A stretch of DNA of 64,000 bases. It comes from Mobula hypostoma. Lineage: Eukaryota. This document shows, piece after piece, positions 39,555-52,001 of this stretch; within the stretch, counting starts at the first letter, position 1, and each line of letters opens with the position of its first letter. Position numbers and translations under genes: made by a program. The DNA is taken from the NCBI RefSeq assembly GCF_963921235.1, contig NC_086106.1, positions 34,410,001-34,474,000 of the forward strand, in the 5' to 3' direction. The notes below the pieces were generated by a model. That model was not told the origin of the DNA. It searched no databases and saw nothing but the letters and a program-made list of their open reading frames with translations.

Positions 39555-40620
39555 AGATTGAGTTTAGAGCACAGAAACGGGCCCTTCAGCCGACTTCGCT
39601 CCGAGAGACCTACCAATGCTCATCCAACATTACTCGCATTCGTGCATAGCATTCGACACCTTTTCAAGTCAAGTAATTATCTAGATGACTCTTATATTTT
39701 GTTGTTTAATGTGCTTCCACTTTCTCAGGAAGTGTTTGCATTTCCACGTTAGCTTGTGCATCAAGTTCCATTCAACGGAACATTACAAAAATTGTAACTA
39801 TCCACCCCAACTATACTAATCATAATTCATGTGATTATGCTTCTCTCAAGCGTGTCCTCATCCTCCTTCGCTCCAGAAGAACAAGCCAAACCTGTCATTT
39901 TTCTCTGATAGCTGAAGTTTTTCGATTCAGTCAAGCGGAATGCCGTCTACATTCTGTCCAGCACCATCAGGTGAATGTTACAGAATGGTGATGAGAACTG
40001 CACAGAACACTCCAATTGTGACCCAGCCACTAGTTCGTAAAGTGTGAACATGGAATTCGAGCTGTTTAATATATTATTGGTCCAGTGAAGAAAGATTCTA
40101 CATGCCTTCATAGTGCACTATCATCTTGTGATGGCACCTACAGGGCAATTGACTTATACACCAGGGTCTCTCTGCTCATCAAAATGTCGTAGGCTCCTAT
40201 CACGTACAGTGTATGCTCTAATCTTGGAGTATTTGACATTTCAAGAGACATGACTTCATTTGTGACAGGACTAACTTGCTTCTGGCGATGTTATGATCAG
40301 CTCTCCCACTTATCCTGCTGGATCCATTGATAAACTTTTGCACCATTTATGGCACCAGAGATTTTCGTGTCATCGGCAAGCTTACTAATAAGACCTTCTA
40401 CATTCAAATTCAAGACATTAGTAAATATCACAGTCAGCAATGATCCCAGCAGCGAACACTGCGATGCACCACTGTATACACACGTCTAATCGGAAAAGCA
40501 TCACCCATCACTAAGTTTTACCTACTGTGTTCAAGCCAATGTTTGATCCAATTTTCCAGTTTGCTTTGGATTCTATGCGCTTTAACTGTCATGATTTACC
40601 TGTCGTTCATGCTTAGCCTC
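39555..40620 (-). mobile_element. Degenerate CR1 RT fragment
   Basis: Minus strand ISKLADD and QCSLLG; CR1 3' UTR at about 39555. Confidence 0.7.
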
Positions 40621-41589
40621 GAGAAAGTGAGCTACTTTCTTGAACTGTTTTAATGCTTGTGGTGAAGCAGAATGTACACTGCTGTTGAGTAGTGAGTTGA
40701 ATTACAGGATGTAACCCATCGAAACTGAAGGGAAGGCACTATACGGCATTTCCAAGTCAGGATGGGGTGTGCATTGAAGAAGAAAAAATACCCGTGTATT
40801 TGAAGCCCCTGGCTATCGCAACATCTTGTTTTTGGGAAATACTGTCAGAGTGGCTCAGGTGAATAAAAACAGTCTATTGTGTGCATGTTAAACCGTACAG
40901 CAACCATGTACCAGAAGCGAATGAAATAAGGGTTTATGGTCGTAAAAGCAGCGACCGGTGCTGGGGCCTCAGCTGCTCTTAATCTATTTCAATAATATTA
41001 TTGTTGGATATGCTGTAATATGTCTATTTTCTGGGAATACAAGCTAGGGGTATCATGATCTGTGAGAAGGATTCCGGGAAAATTTGGAGGGATGTGGACA
41101 AGAAAATAAATTGCTAATACTTAGCTGATTGAATGTAAAGTGAAAAACGTGAGGATATTAACTTAGGAGAAATGAATAGAACGATAGCGTATTCTGTGAA
41201 TAGTCGGAGACTGAAAAGTGTTGGGGTTCATAGTGGTCTGCGTAAAGCATAGAATATCAAGAGCAGGTTGTTCCAGTTTCTATCAAATATTGTCTGGAAC
41301 TAATGTCGTAGAAATTTCACTTTCACTTGCCACATAGATCTTCCCGCAATAATACGTGGACAGCTTCATTTGATGAGGAGTTGTGATTAGATTTGTGCAA
41401 TATACATTCATAAACAACCATATGTCCTTATCATGGGCAGGAGTTAAAATTCATGAAGTTGCTGAGGGGTATTTAAGAACTATCCTGAGAATCTAATACG
41501 ATGATGTCCTTGTGCCTGTATAATGATTTTCATCATTTCTTTTGGTGCAATTCATGGCTCCAACCATTGCCAACCGACAACACAACGCC

Positions 41590-41882
41590 AAGGTAGCGCA
41601 GAGGTAGAGCGACGTTATTACAAGTCGGAGCGTTCTGCAGTTCGGACCTCAATGCCGGTGCCAGTCTGCAAGTGGTCTGTAAGACCTCCCGGTGGAAAGC
41701 ATTGGTTTTCCCGGACGCTCCGCTTTCCTCACACAGTCAAGGGACCGACCGGGTAGGTTAATTACTCATTGTAAATTGTCTCATGATTAGGATACGGTTA
41801 ATTGGGGTTGTGCAGCTACTGGGGCGGCATCCCTCGAACAGCCGGAATGGCCTACTCCGCGTTGTATCGCTAAATAAATGAA
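41590..41882 (+). mobile_element. Elasmobranch tRNA-derived SINE (HE1/HER1-like)
   Basis: tRNA-like head, ggttttcccgg..ctccg body, cattgtaaattg motif, A-rich tail. Confidence 0.6.
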
Positions 41883-42189
41883 TCGCATTTCGCTGTATAA
41901 TGGGATCTAATTGTCCAAATAATTGACACAACTTCCTGTAGACTACATTCCAGTTTTCCGTAAAAACGGCTATGGTCTGAACTCCCTACACCGTGGAATG
42001 AACAGTCCTTGTAGATATTCGTGTATGGCATTGTGCGTTGTTGTGAGATCAGGGCCGAGCATCATCAACACCATGCGAGATTAAAATAAACTGGCTATAA
42101 ATGTGGATTCACTCTCCACACCGAGAGGCATATCTATTTTCCTGTTCCATCGAAGATGTATCTATCTATCGATCTACCTATCCATCTAT

Positions 42190-42460
42190 CTGTCTAGATA
42201 TTTACTTATTTACTTACTTATTTATAGATATATGCAGAATAGGCCCTTCCGGCCATTCGGGCCGCACCGCCAGCAACCCCTGATATAACCCTGGCCTAAT
42301 CGCTGGACAATTCAGAATGACCAACAAACCTACTACCCGGTACGTCTTTAGACTGTGGAAGGAAACCGAGTACCAGGAGGAAACCCACGTACTCCACGGG
42401 AGAATGTACAACTTCTTACTGAGAACGTTTTTCATCCAATTATTCACGCCGGTCGTGTCC
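42190..42460 (-). mobile_element. Elasmobranch tRNA-derived SINE, same family
   Basis: Reverse complement of the 41590-41882 body (ggaaaccgagtaccaggaggaaacccac). Confidence 0.6.
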
Positions 42461-42941
42461 GAGACTCATCACTAAATCAGCACTCTATCATTTGCGAGTT
42501 ATTAGTATGCTAATTCTTATCTATTGATCATATTGCATTTGACCTTAAATAAGTCTGTTTACAAGTGTGGTCGATTGGTTTATGATCTTAGAATATAATT
42601 AGAAACGCCAATAATGGCTCCGTTTATAGTGTCATTCATCAATTAATATTTATACACTTCGTCCAGCTTTGCCCTATTGAGATCCTATTGATGGGGCATT
42701 TTAACATTATAGTTCAGTTTGTCTCCGCATGTTCAACAGAGATCCGATTATATAACACTGATTTTAGTTGACGCTCACATATGTTATTGTATCGGATCGT
42801 CGGAGAGGTCTGATTACTAATACAGTACTACAGTAATGATCGTTTCAATCTGCTCATTGCCGACCTTCTGTTGTATTTTTATCTCTTGACTAGGATGTAA
42901 AACACGGAATGGATGTGAGCCTTTTGGCAAATTGTGGTTAC

Positions 42942-43266
42942 TTTTCCGGGTGCTGAAGTTTGCTTTCACAGTAGATTGTGAAGGTGGGTGCGTGACGACA
43001 CAGGAGTATGTTGCGTCCTTCTTCCAATCGGCTGAAGTCAAGTAAAGGAGGCTTCTGGTGTTGAAGGTCATGTCCTGTTGAAGTGCAGTGGGGAAGCTGG
43101 TAGCGTTCGAGTAGAATGCGGCTCCGTCCTTCTGCCACAAAACGGTTATGTCATCGGGGTAGAATCCCGTTATCATGCATGTGAGCGTAGCGATGCTCGC
43201 AGTTTGAATCACCTCTGGGGGGGGGGGGGGGGGGGAAGAGACGTACCCTTGGTTCCAGTGCTTTGG
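42942..43266 (-). pseudogene. IgNAR: IgNAR constant exon C3 with frameshift in a 19-G homopolymer (43217-43235)
   Basis: Acceptor ccttctcttgcag. AKALEPRVRLFPP[fs]PEVIQTASIATLTCMITGFYPDDITVLWQKD...FPTALQQDMTFNTRSLLYLT...YSCVVTHPPSQSTVKANFSTRK, then GTAACC donor. The exon is 325 nt, not a multiple of 3. Confidence 0.92.
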
Positions 43267-43619
43267 CTGCAAGAGAAGGTCAACCCGTGTTAATCTCCAA
43301 AAACTGTCTTTCCGAAATGTGGTTGAAACGAAACGGTGCAAATCCACAGCAAGAATTGTAGTATCTGCGATGAAGGAAACAGCGCCCACATTTGCATTTG
43401 ACAAGTTTCCTAACTATGCGCTGGTCAAGTTGTTTAAGAATCCGTGCTGAGCGGTCTAATTGTTAGTGAGCCGCTCAGGGTAATGGTGATGATAACTTTC
43501 TGTTTCGAAGCGTATCACGAGGGGAGTACCACGGTCCTAAGAGCTTTCTTCTTTGTGATATAACGTTTTGTATGTGCATATAGAAAATATCATTTCTGAG
43601 TAATGCATAAGACTAAACT

Positions 43620-44480
43620 TGATGGTGTTTTGAATCGCGATCATGGGCGTCAAAAGCTGCGGCAATACTGATCATATACAATGTTAGATTTTGCGGCAGC
43701 AGATGGACAAATGTGTGTCGACGCACTTTGGGAACTGAAGATTAGGGTATGCCATGAATAGAAAATAGCTCATTATTAAGGAACATTTATCAACAGAGAG
43801 ATATTGGGGATTATGTCCATAGTTCCCCGAAAGTGGCGGTAGTTGGTGTGTTGACAAAGCAACACGGCATATTTGCTTTCACAGATCAGGATTAGCAGAT
43901 GAAATTTAGGACGCTCTGTTTCAACTTTATTAAACACTGGTGCACTCGAGTTTGCTCTCTAGTCACCTTGTTGTAAGGTGAATGGCATTGTGCTGGAAAG
44001 AGTGCATAAGAGATTCAACTGTATGTTAACTGGATTGGAGAACGTCAGTTATGGGGAGCTTGTTTTTTTTCTGAAGTGAAAGAAACTGAGTCGTGACCCG
44101 ATAACACCACGCAGAATTATCGGTGACACTGGTAGGCTAAGTAGACAAAAACATTCGTATGTGTAGACTATGAAATCCAAAGACAGTATGTACTTAAGTT
44201 AAGTGGAAGGAGCTTTAGAGGGTACCTTAAGTCGCTGCATTTGGCTGACATTTAGTCGATCACTGAAATAGGAAAGACATTGAAAGATTTTTTTTTTCTG
44301 TTGCTGAAAATTGGATTGAGGTAGATGTCAAACATCTATGAATATTGGGGTCAGAGAGCCATCTGTACTTCTGTGCAGTATTTTATGACTACAACTTTTT
44401 AGAGGGGCAGTACAAGGATACAACTATTAGAATGTCTGCGGCAAGTCTCCAGAAACATTGATTTCGGTCTTGACCTGCTC
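43620..44480 (+). mobile_element. Highly degenerate CR1 fragment in the C2-C3 intron
   Basis: Remnant CR1 RT C-terminal phrases (gtgctggaaagagtgca.aagagattc). Confidence 0.55.
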
Positions 44481-44964
44481 TACTGGAGTTTATACGGTTG
44501 TCGTGTGGCTGTGCGAGTTCTGTTTTAGGTTCTCCAATTTCCATATTGAACAATATGCCAGTGCTAGCTACGTCGACTAACATAACTTACTCTTAATGTA
44601 GAGTAGAATCTTCGAAGAGTTGTTGAAGCTACGAAACCATAAACTGGATCAAAATGCAATTCGCTGAATGAGTGTTGAAGCGGGCTTGGTTTCTGTCGAC
44701 CGAAGGGTCTGTTCCAATGCTGTCGGGTCCTATGACTTCAACATTTCATTCGAAGAAGTCTTGGGCGGAACGCTATCGGTTCACCACTTGTCAGAAAACC
44801 TGTCTTCCCTTGAATAAGATAATGCATCATGACTCTAGCAGAGGGCAACTCGTTCACCATCATGCCTATTTTCCTCTGAATACTGCTGCCTGGCATCCAG
44901 CAGTTTCTGTTCCTCTTTCTGCATCTACACTGCTTTGCATTTCGATTGTTGTTATTGCACCAAC

Positions 44965-45267
44965 CTCTTGCGTTTCGTGCCCTGTTTGATAGGGGAGCAA
45001 CTGATTGATTGTCCTGCACCGAGCAGGAGTATTCTACCCCGCTGTCCCACTCGGCCACGCTGCTGGTCAAACGGCCGACTGTCACTTACTGACTCCCGAT
45101 CTTTGCAGCATACTCTGTTTGAACGCCAACAGCCCTCTCCTTCCCACCCACTGTCCAAGAGATGGAAACCTCAGCTGGAGTTGTAGCGATCACTTCACAC
45201 ACCAGAGTGGCAGTTTTGTTTATCCAGATTTCTTCAACGGTAGGATCTCTGAGAAATAATGCGAATT
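44965..45267 (-). pseudogene. IgNAR: IgNAR constant exon C2 with in-frame TAA (45086-45088) and GG at the expected acceptor
   Basis: EFALFLRDPTVEEIWINKTATLVCEVI...GSQ*VTVGRLTSSVAEWDSGVEYSCSVQDNQ...RNAR matches IgNAR C2. The stop falls where shark C2 has Tyr (GNQY). Confidence 0.93.
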
Positions 45268-46304
45268 CCAGATGACGTACAGTCATTGAAAGGACTCATG
45301 ACGAATCTGAAGTTTAGCAGGGATTTCCATTTATTAATAACCTGCTACACGTTAAAAGCTTAAGGTGGAAATTGTTCATTTTAAATCATGCTTAAGTCGT
45401 CTTTTCGTGAACCCTTGAGTTAGATCATGACCACACGCTACTCTTCTATACTGAAAAGAAAGGAAAATGGTTGAAAATGAATAACATATCGTCATTCATA
45501 GACAAGTGTGGCGAAGGATAGAGGGAGAGATACAGCCAGACATCCCCGGAAAGTACGACAGTGATAAAACACTGGCGTGGGGAAGGGGCAGTGGCTTGTG
45601 TCAAAACTGTGAATGGGATGCAACGAGATAGAGAGATTGGCTGAGGGAGGACAGAACACAGGAAGCTAGAAGATGAAAGTGAATGTTAGATAGAAGGAAG
45701 TGCTAAATAAATATGCATTGTTCGATCTATTTATGCAAGAATGAAGGACCAGTTTACCACGAGGTTTAACTGTCTGATAAGTCAAGTGGCTGCCTCGACT
45801 ACTTTCTTCCTTTCATTTATTTATTTTCCAAAACTTTCATTATTGCATACTGATACCAGCTACAGATATAACACACCAGTAAAAATTAATGGGCTGTTAA
45901 AATTGAAAGTTAAAAATAATCACGGAAGATTTTTTTTTACCGCTGCTTTCCTGTGCTTATCTTTTAAGATGTCTAGATTCCTTAGAATCATTTCAGATGT
46001 ACAAATTCTATTCTGTGCATTAACATGATCAGAAATCAATATTCACTGAAGCGCCATGATGTCTTCTGACTGCACTTCGCAATATTCCTTGTAATTCTTA
46101 CCTCTGATATTTAATGTTTGCTGCCTAAACATTCCGACTCACACTCCTATCTGTCCCTTACCCGAATTGGAACTGGCACGCATCTTAATCTTTAGTAGTC
46201 CGGTTATTTTAAAATCTTGTCTGTAGTTGATTACAGCCCACCAAATGAAATACTGAGGACGAAAGTGGAAATACTGCACCTATGGATCGGGAACTGCTTC
46301 TTAC

Positions 46305-46625
46305 CTGACTCAGCTCGTATTTCTTTGCGGATGTTGCTGCTGGTTGCAGAGTGGGATACTTGGCACGAGTACACAGCACCACTGGCCCATTCGTTCACAG
46401 GCACTTTGAGCACACTTGTTGAGGTAAACGTTTCGCTTGAGCTTTCAGTGGAAGAAGTGGTGGTAAAGCCGGACTGTACGGTTTGTCCGTTTTTCTGCCA
46501 GGTCACTGCGATGTTTTCAGGTAGGTATTCGCTCATGAGACAAATCAATTCCACAAAACCCTGTGCTTTTTGTTCGGCAGTTGCAGAATAGACAAGATTG
46601 ATGTTTGGCGGGGTTGGTTGTTTTG
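46305..46625 (-). CDS. IgNAR: IgNAR constant exon C1 (intact)
   Basis: Acceptor ttttcttaattttag, donor GTAAG, 321 nt. AKQPTPPNINLVYSATAEQKAQGFVELICLMSEYLPENIAVTWQKNG...WASGAVYSCQVSHSATSSNIRKEIRAES matches nurse shark IgNAR C1. Confidence 0.96.
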
Positions 46626-46899
46626 CTAAAATTAAGAAAAACAAAAGTCTTTGAAATGATTGGATCAATTTTACGTTGTTCTTCTGACAACTTGTAAGGC
46701 ATAAGACAACTACAATATTCCATGCATCATAAGAATCTCTACATATCAAGAGCTACGTTAGCGCTTCCAAGACCTTTCGGCTGAAGGGATGACTGAAGCT
46801 GAGATATTTCCTTCAGTATAATGGTATCACAGCTTATGGTGATTTGTTTTTATACCTTGAATGGTACTTTAAACTTCGCCTTTGAAATTTTGCCTGATT

Positions 46900-47960
46900 A
46901 ATCTTCGTCGTATCAAAGCTGTCGTTGGCCGTACGAATTTATTAGAGGAGACAGATTGAAAATCTAGCTGTCAGAATAACATCTCTCACTCAATGTCAGG
47001 AAGACCATGGAGTTGACTATTGACTACAGGAGGAGAAAACCGCGGGTCCTTCTTCAGGTCCTCATCTAAGAGTCAGAGGTGGAGAGAGTTAGCAACTTCA
47101 AATTCCTCTGCGTTATCATTTCAGAGGATCTATCCAGAGTCCAGCTGGTGAGTGCCCTTAGAAAGAAAGCACAATCGTGCATCTACTCTCTTAAAAGTTT
47201 GAAAAGATCCGGCATGTCATCGAAAACTTTGACACACTTACGTAGATGTGCGGTGGAGAGTATACTGACTGATTGCATTACGGTCTGGTATGGAAATATC
47301 AATGCCCTTGCACGGACCACCTACAAAGAAAAGGTCGTGGATACAGCGCAGTTCATGACGAATACAACCTTCCCTGCCATTAAGCGCATCTATACGCAGC
47401 GCTGTCGCAGGAATGGAGCATTTATCTTCAAGGACCCTCAGGTTCCAGGCCATGCTCTCTTCTCGCTGCCGCCATCAGGAGGGAGGTACAGAAGCCTAGG
47501 TACCCAAACTAATTGGTTCGAAAAGAAATGTTACCCCTTCAACATCAGGTTCTTTAACGAGAAGGACTACCTTCACTCAACTTCATTCCCCCTGACATTG
47601 AACTGTTCTCACAACCTATGTGCTCAGTTTAAAAAAATATTCATCTCATGTTGCCGATATTTATTGTTTATTTATATTATTTGTTTTTTGTTTCCTTTTT
47701 GATTTGCACAGTTTGTCTTTCACCCTTTCGTTGTCCGTCTTAATGTGTGCGTGTTTTCATTGATTCTATTGTGTTTCGTGGTATCTGCTGTGAATGCCCG
47801 CAAGAAAATTAATTTCAGGTTTGTGTATGATGACGTATATGTACTTTTAAATTTGACGATGATGATATTTAATAGTCGCAGAAAAAAAAACATGAGTAAG
47901 GTAGGCTTGCTAAATGGTAATCGTATCTGAAACGTGATCAGTCTGTCCATATTATAAAAT
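46900..47960 (+). mobile_element. Rex1/L2-type LINE 3' portion in the J-C1 intron
   Basis: ORF 47079-47702: ERVSNFKFL.V.ISEDLS...KKAQ..Y.L..LKR.GMS. Confidence 0.85.
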
Positions 47961-48199
47961 GTAGTATTTTACAGACTCCACAATTTTCGACTGGGTTTAC
48001 CTGAACGGGACAAAAGTTATTTTTCGACTTCAGCAAGTTTCCATTTATCTCAAACTGCAAGTTGCTGTTGATGATTGTTGAAGTACACTGAATGTGGAAA
48101 TCAACAATGGCAGGTTGACAGTGTATCTACTGAGATAGAGATGGCAATATATAACATCGCTCATAATGCCACTTTCATTCTCCAAGTCCACCCTGCCAA

Positions 48200-49420
48200 T
48201 TAACGAACTATTTTTACACTATGAGAGACAATTTGCAGTGCCCGGTTCGATTGCTGATTGATGTTGTGTACTTGGATTTTCAGAAGGCCTGTGATGAGGC
48301 TGCTAAACATGCTACGAGCCCATGGAATTACAAAGAAGATTCTAGCATGGATAAAGCAGTGGCTGCTTGGCAGGAAACAAAGCGAGCCTTTTCTGTCTGA
48401 CTGCAGGTGACTAATGGTGTTCCACCGGGATCTGTGTTGGGATCGATTCTTTTTATGTTATATGTCAATGATTTGAATGATGTAATTGATAATTTTGTTG
48501 AAACGTTTGCAGATGATACGGTGATAGGTGGAGGGACAGCTACTTTTGAGGAAATAGAGGGGCCCTAGACAGATTAGGAGAATCGGCAGGCAAAGAAATG
48601 GCAGTTGAAATACATTGTCAAGAAGTGCATGGTCATACACCTTGGTGGAAGAAATGAAAGAGTTAGCTATTTTCTAAATGGGGAGAAAATGCCAAAAAAA
48701 CTGTGCCGCAAAGTGGCTTGGCAGTGCCTGTGCAGGATTCCCTAAAGGGTAATTTGCAGGTTAAATCTATGGTGAGGAAGGAAATGTCATGTTAGCATCC
48801 ATTTCAAGATGACTAGCATATAAAAGCAAGGAGGGAATGCTGAAGCTTTATAAAACACTGGTGAGGCCTCGGATGGAGTATTGTGAGCAGTTTTGGGCCC
48901 CTTATCTTCGAAAGGAGGCGTTGAAACTGGAGAAGGTTCATAGGAGGATCACGAAGATGATTCCAGGATTGATTGGCTTGTCATATGAAGAGTGTTTAAT
49001 GGCTCTGGGCCTGTATTAGCTGCAATTCAGAAGAATGAGGCGTGACCTCATTGAAACCAATCGATAGTGTGGACCTGGGAAGCATGTTTCCTATAGCGCG
49101 AGAGTCGAAGACCAGAGGAAACAACCTCAGAACAGACAGGCGCTCTTTTAGAACGGATATCAGGAGGAATTTATTTAGCCAAAGAGTGGTGAATCTGTGG
49201 AATTCTTTGCCACATGAAGCTGTGGAGACCAGGTCTTTATGTATATTTAAAGCTGAGGTTGATAGATTTTTGATTGGTGAGGACACAAAGAGGTACGGGG
49301 AGAAGACATGAGATTGGGTAGGAGGGGAAAATTGGATCAGTCGTGATGAAATGGAGGAGCAGACGCGATAGGTCAAATGGCCTAATTCTGTTCTTGTCTC
49401 TTATGGTCTTATGGCCTTAT
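48200..49420 (+). mobile_element. Degenerate CR1 RT and 3' end in the J-C1 intron
   Basis: VVYLDFQKA, FADDT and LYKTLVRP..EYC.QFW.P; tail cttatggtcttatgg. Confidence 0.85.
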
Positions 49421-51916
49421 GAAATGAAACTGAAGCAAACTCGTGAAATGAGTAGCTTGCATCAAATCCATTTAGTCAGGAAGGTGCTGGACTGCCCGTA
49501 ATTGTCGCTACGTTTCCAACGCATGCCCACGTTCACTAAACCTATGCAGACATCTTTGGAATATGGCTGACATTGTAATAGGACAATGCTAACTGCTCAC
49601 TAGAATCACAGGGATAGGTGTTTGGGTCCCGAATATTTAAAGCTAGTGTCAGAGATATGGACTAAGGGAACATGGATACTTAGAAAGAGTTATGGAGAAG
49701 TGCAAGACACACAGAAGCTTAGCCGTTAGCGCAATACTGTCACAGCTCGAATTGTCAGTGTACAAAGTTGACGCCGTCTCTAAGGAACTTGCTTGTTCTC
49801 CGCATGACCGTGTGGGTTTCCCAGGTACTGTAATTTAATTCTATAGTCCAAATTCAGAACGGTTAGTAAATTGTCCTATGATTAGGCTAGGGTTACTTCG
49901 GTGAGTTGCAATAATTCTACATTAATCCATTTTAGTTTATTCGCCCCCACAACCACATCAATTGCATCAAATTCTATCATTGTTCTAAGCACTGTAGACA
50001 ATATTCATTTGCCAGTTAGCGCACCAATTGCATTGACATTCATATGTGGGGGTGAAATGGAGCATAAATATGGGATTCCCCCTTTACGACAGAGATTAGG
50101 TAAAGATTTATTTTCTTTCACATGGTATTGGGAATGTTGAAATTATTCGAATGCAGAACAGAATGAGAAAATTGGCATACATTTTAAAGCAGAGATCGTT
50201 GCGGACATACAAAGAAAACGGTCATCGCATATTACAGAAGGAGGGGAGATATAGAGATTATAATAAAACTGACGACCATGAAGTGAAAGAGTAGTCCAAT
50301 ATATTTTATTGGACTGAAGAAGCGGTGCTGGTATCACACGGCTTCCCTTCGATTTCAAGTAGCGTAATAAAATAGAAAGAGTGTTGATGGTGTTTCTAAG
50401 TATTTAATACATTCAGCTTCTGGTACTCTTCTCAAATGTCTATTCCTCTCAATTTCTCAGTTAAGTGCGTGGAATTATCTCTGCTTGACGTCTGAGAAAT
50501 TCCTTTCCCAAAAGGATCAAAACGCAAGGGGAGGTCTACATTAATTTGGGAGAACATTAGCCGGGAATACGGAGTAATACACCACAGCGCTATATACGAA
50601 CAAAGACGATGTTAAATACTTGCCTATTTAACAAAAAAAAAACGCAAGTGGAATTGGACTGGGTTCCGAAAAAACTCCATAAACAACAAGATTCAGAGGA
50701 CTTTTAAACAAGACTAAGCTCAGACAAAGGAGCTTTACGGCATGTTTAAAACTAAGAAAGATGAAGCAAACAAATAGCAATGAGGTCATGTAAATTGGAC
50801 GAACGATGGATATTTTTGCAAATTAATTCCCTGACGTTTGTCGGTCCCATAATAGTGTCAGAGGTTTGCTTTCATTTGAGTTTGCTTTGGGAAGGATCTA
50901 CTTGTAGACGCTATCATTCAATTGACTGATGAAAATTAAAACCCGTTTCGCAGCAATGTTTCCATTGCAAACTATATTTTAGCATACTGCTTCAATGACG
51001 ACAGTTGTAGCTTTTGTACCACAGAACAGTCTGATTAACACTGTAAACCTTTATAATCTACATATGGAATGTCATTCATTAAGATCTGGGGTGTAGCATT
51101 TAATTAAATATAGCGCCGTGGCAATTGGCTAAAGCATTCAGCGAGATGGTACAGACTTAATATTATTGTGCCCCGCTTTCAAAGACGATATTGATTATGT
51201 TGACATTCATTCAGTATCTTTTCCTGCCTTGCGCACAGAACTTTAGCCTACATCTGCCCTCCCTTAATACTCTGGCAATTTGCACTAAAATATAACCAAA
51301 ATTATATAAGTCCAACGATTCGAACACATAAAATTTGTTTCAACCTGGTCTTCTAAATGTATGGATTTGTTAGAGAATGATATGTGTTTCTAAATAGAAG
51401 ACACTTTTTCTTCTATTGCAGCTAAATGACAAGTTGTTTTCGCAATGAGTATATGTTCTAACAGTCCCCTCGAAGTATCAGGTTATTAAGCTATCGATCC
51501 CTTCTGAACTGAAACCTATTTCATCTTCAAAGTTCTATACTGCTTGGGTCTGCGACCATTGGAGAGTAAATCCACACTCAAATATGCCAAGATATGAGGA
51601 CCTCGCACTTATATCAATACAGCAGATAATATTTTAAAGTAACTGTCGGACGGGGCGGGGCGTAGCAGGTAATTTGTACACTTCAATTTGTAAAAATACT
51701 CCAATTTTCGTTTTTTTTTAACGAGCGAAGGTATTATCTTGGGAGGAGAAATGCGTATACTTAAATTCTTCTGGGGTGTCTCAGTGAAATGCTTATACTC
51801 CAAAAAAATATCATATTGCCCTTTTCGGTTTGCATCATTTAAACGAGAATATAATTATACTTGCCCTCGGGGAAAAGTACGTGCTTGCTCAAAATGTAAT
51901 AAAAGATATCACTTAC

Positions 51917-51962
51917 CAGGTTGCACAGTCAGCTTTGTACCCGTTCCGTTAAGGTATTTGCA
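51917..51962 (-). CDS. IgNAR: IgNAR J segment (CKYLNGTGTKLTVQP)
   Basis: G-x-G-T motif and TV ending, followed by a GTAAGT donor (phase 1). Confidence 0.92.
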
Positions 51963-52001
51963 CACAATAATTAACTTCCTATTCAGCTCAATTCAAAAAG
52001 T
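51963..52001 (-). other. J recombination signal sequence (23-bp spacer)
   Basis: Plus strand CACAATA-23nt-TCAAAAAGT; the nonamer is the same as at V. Confidence 0.85.

Noticed and set aside
42817-42941. C3 read-through into the intron as a secretory tail (SNHNLPKG...VVLY*)
   Set aside because: No terminal Cys or tailpiece pattern, and a usable GT donor is present at the domain end.
50200-50330. Minus-strand IYWTTLS/FMVVSFIIISI resembling an Ig transmembrane exon
   Set aside because: Needs a frameshift, lacks the FYS/VK ending and splice sites, and lies in the J-C1 intron, the wrong place for a TM exon.
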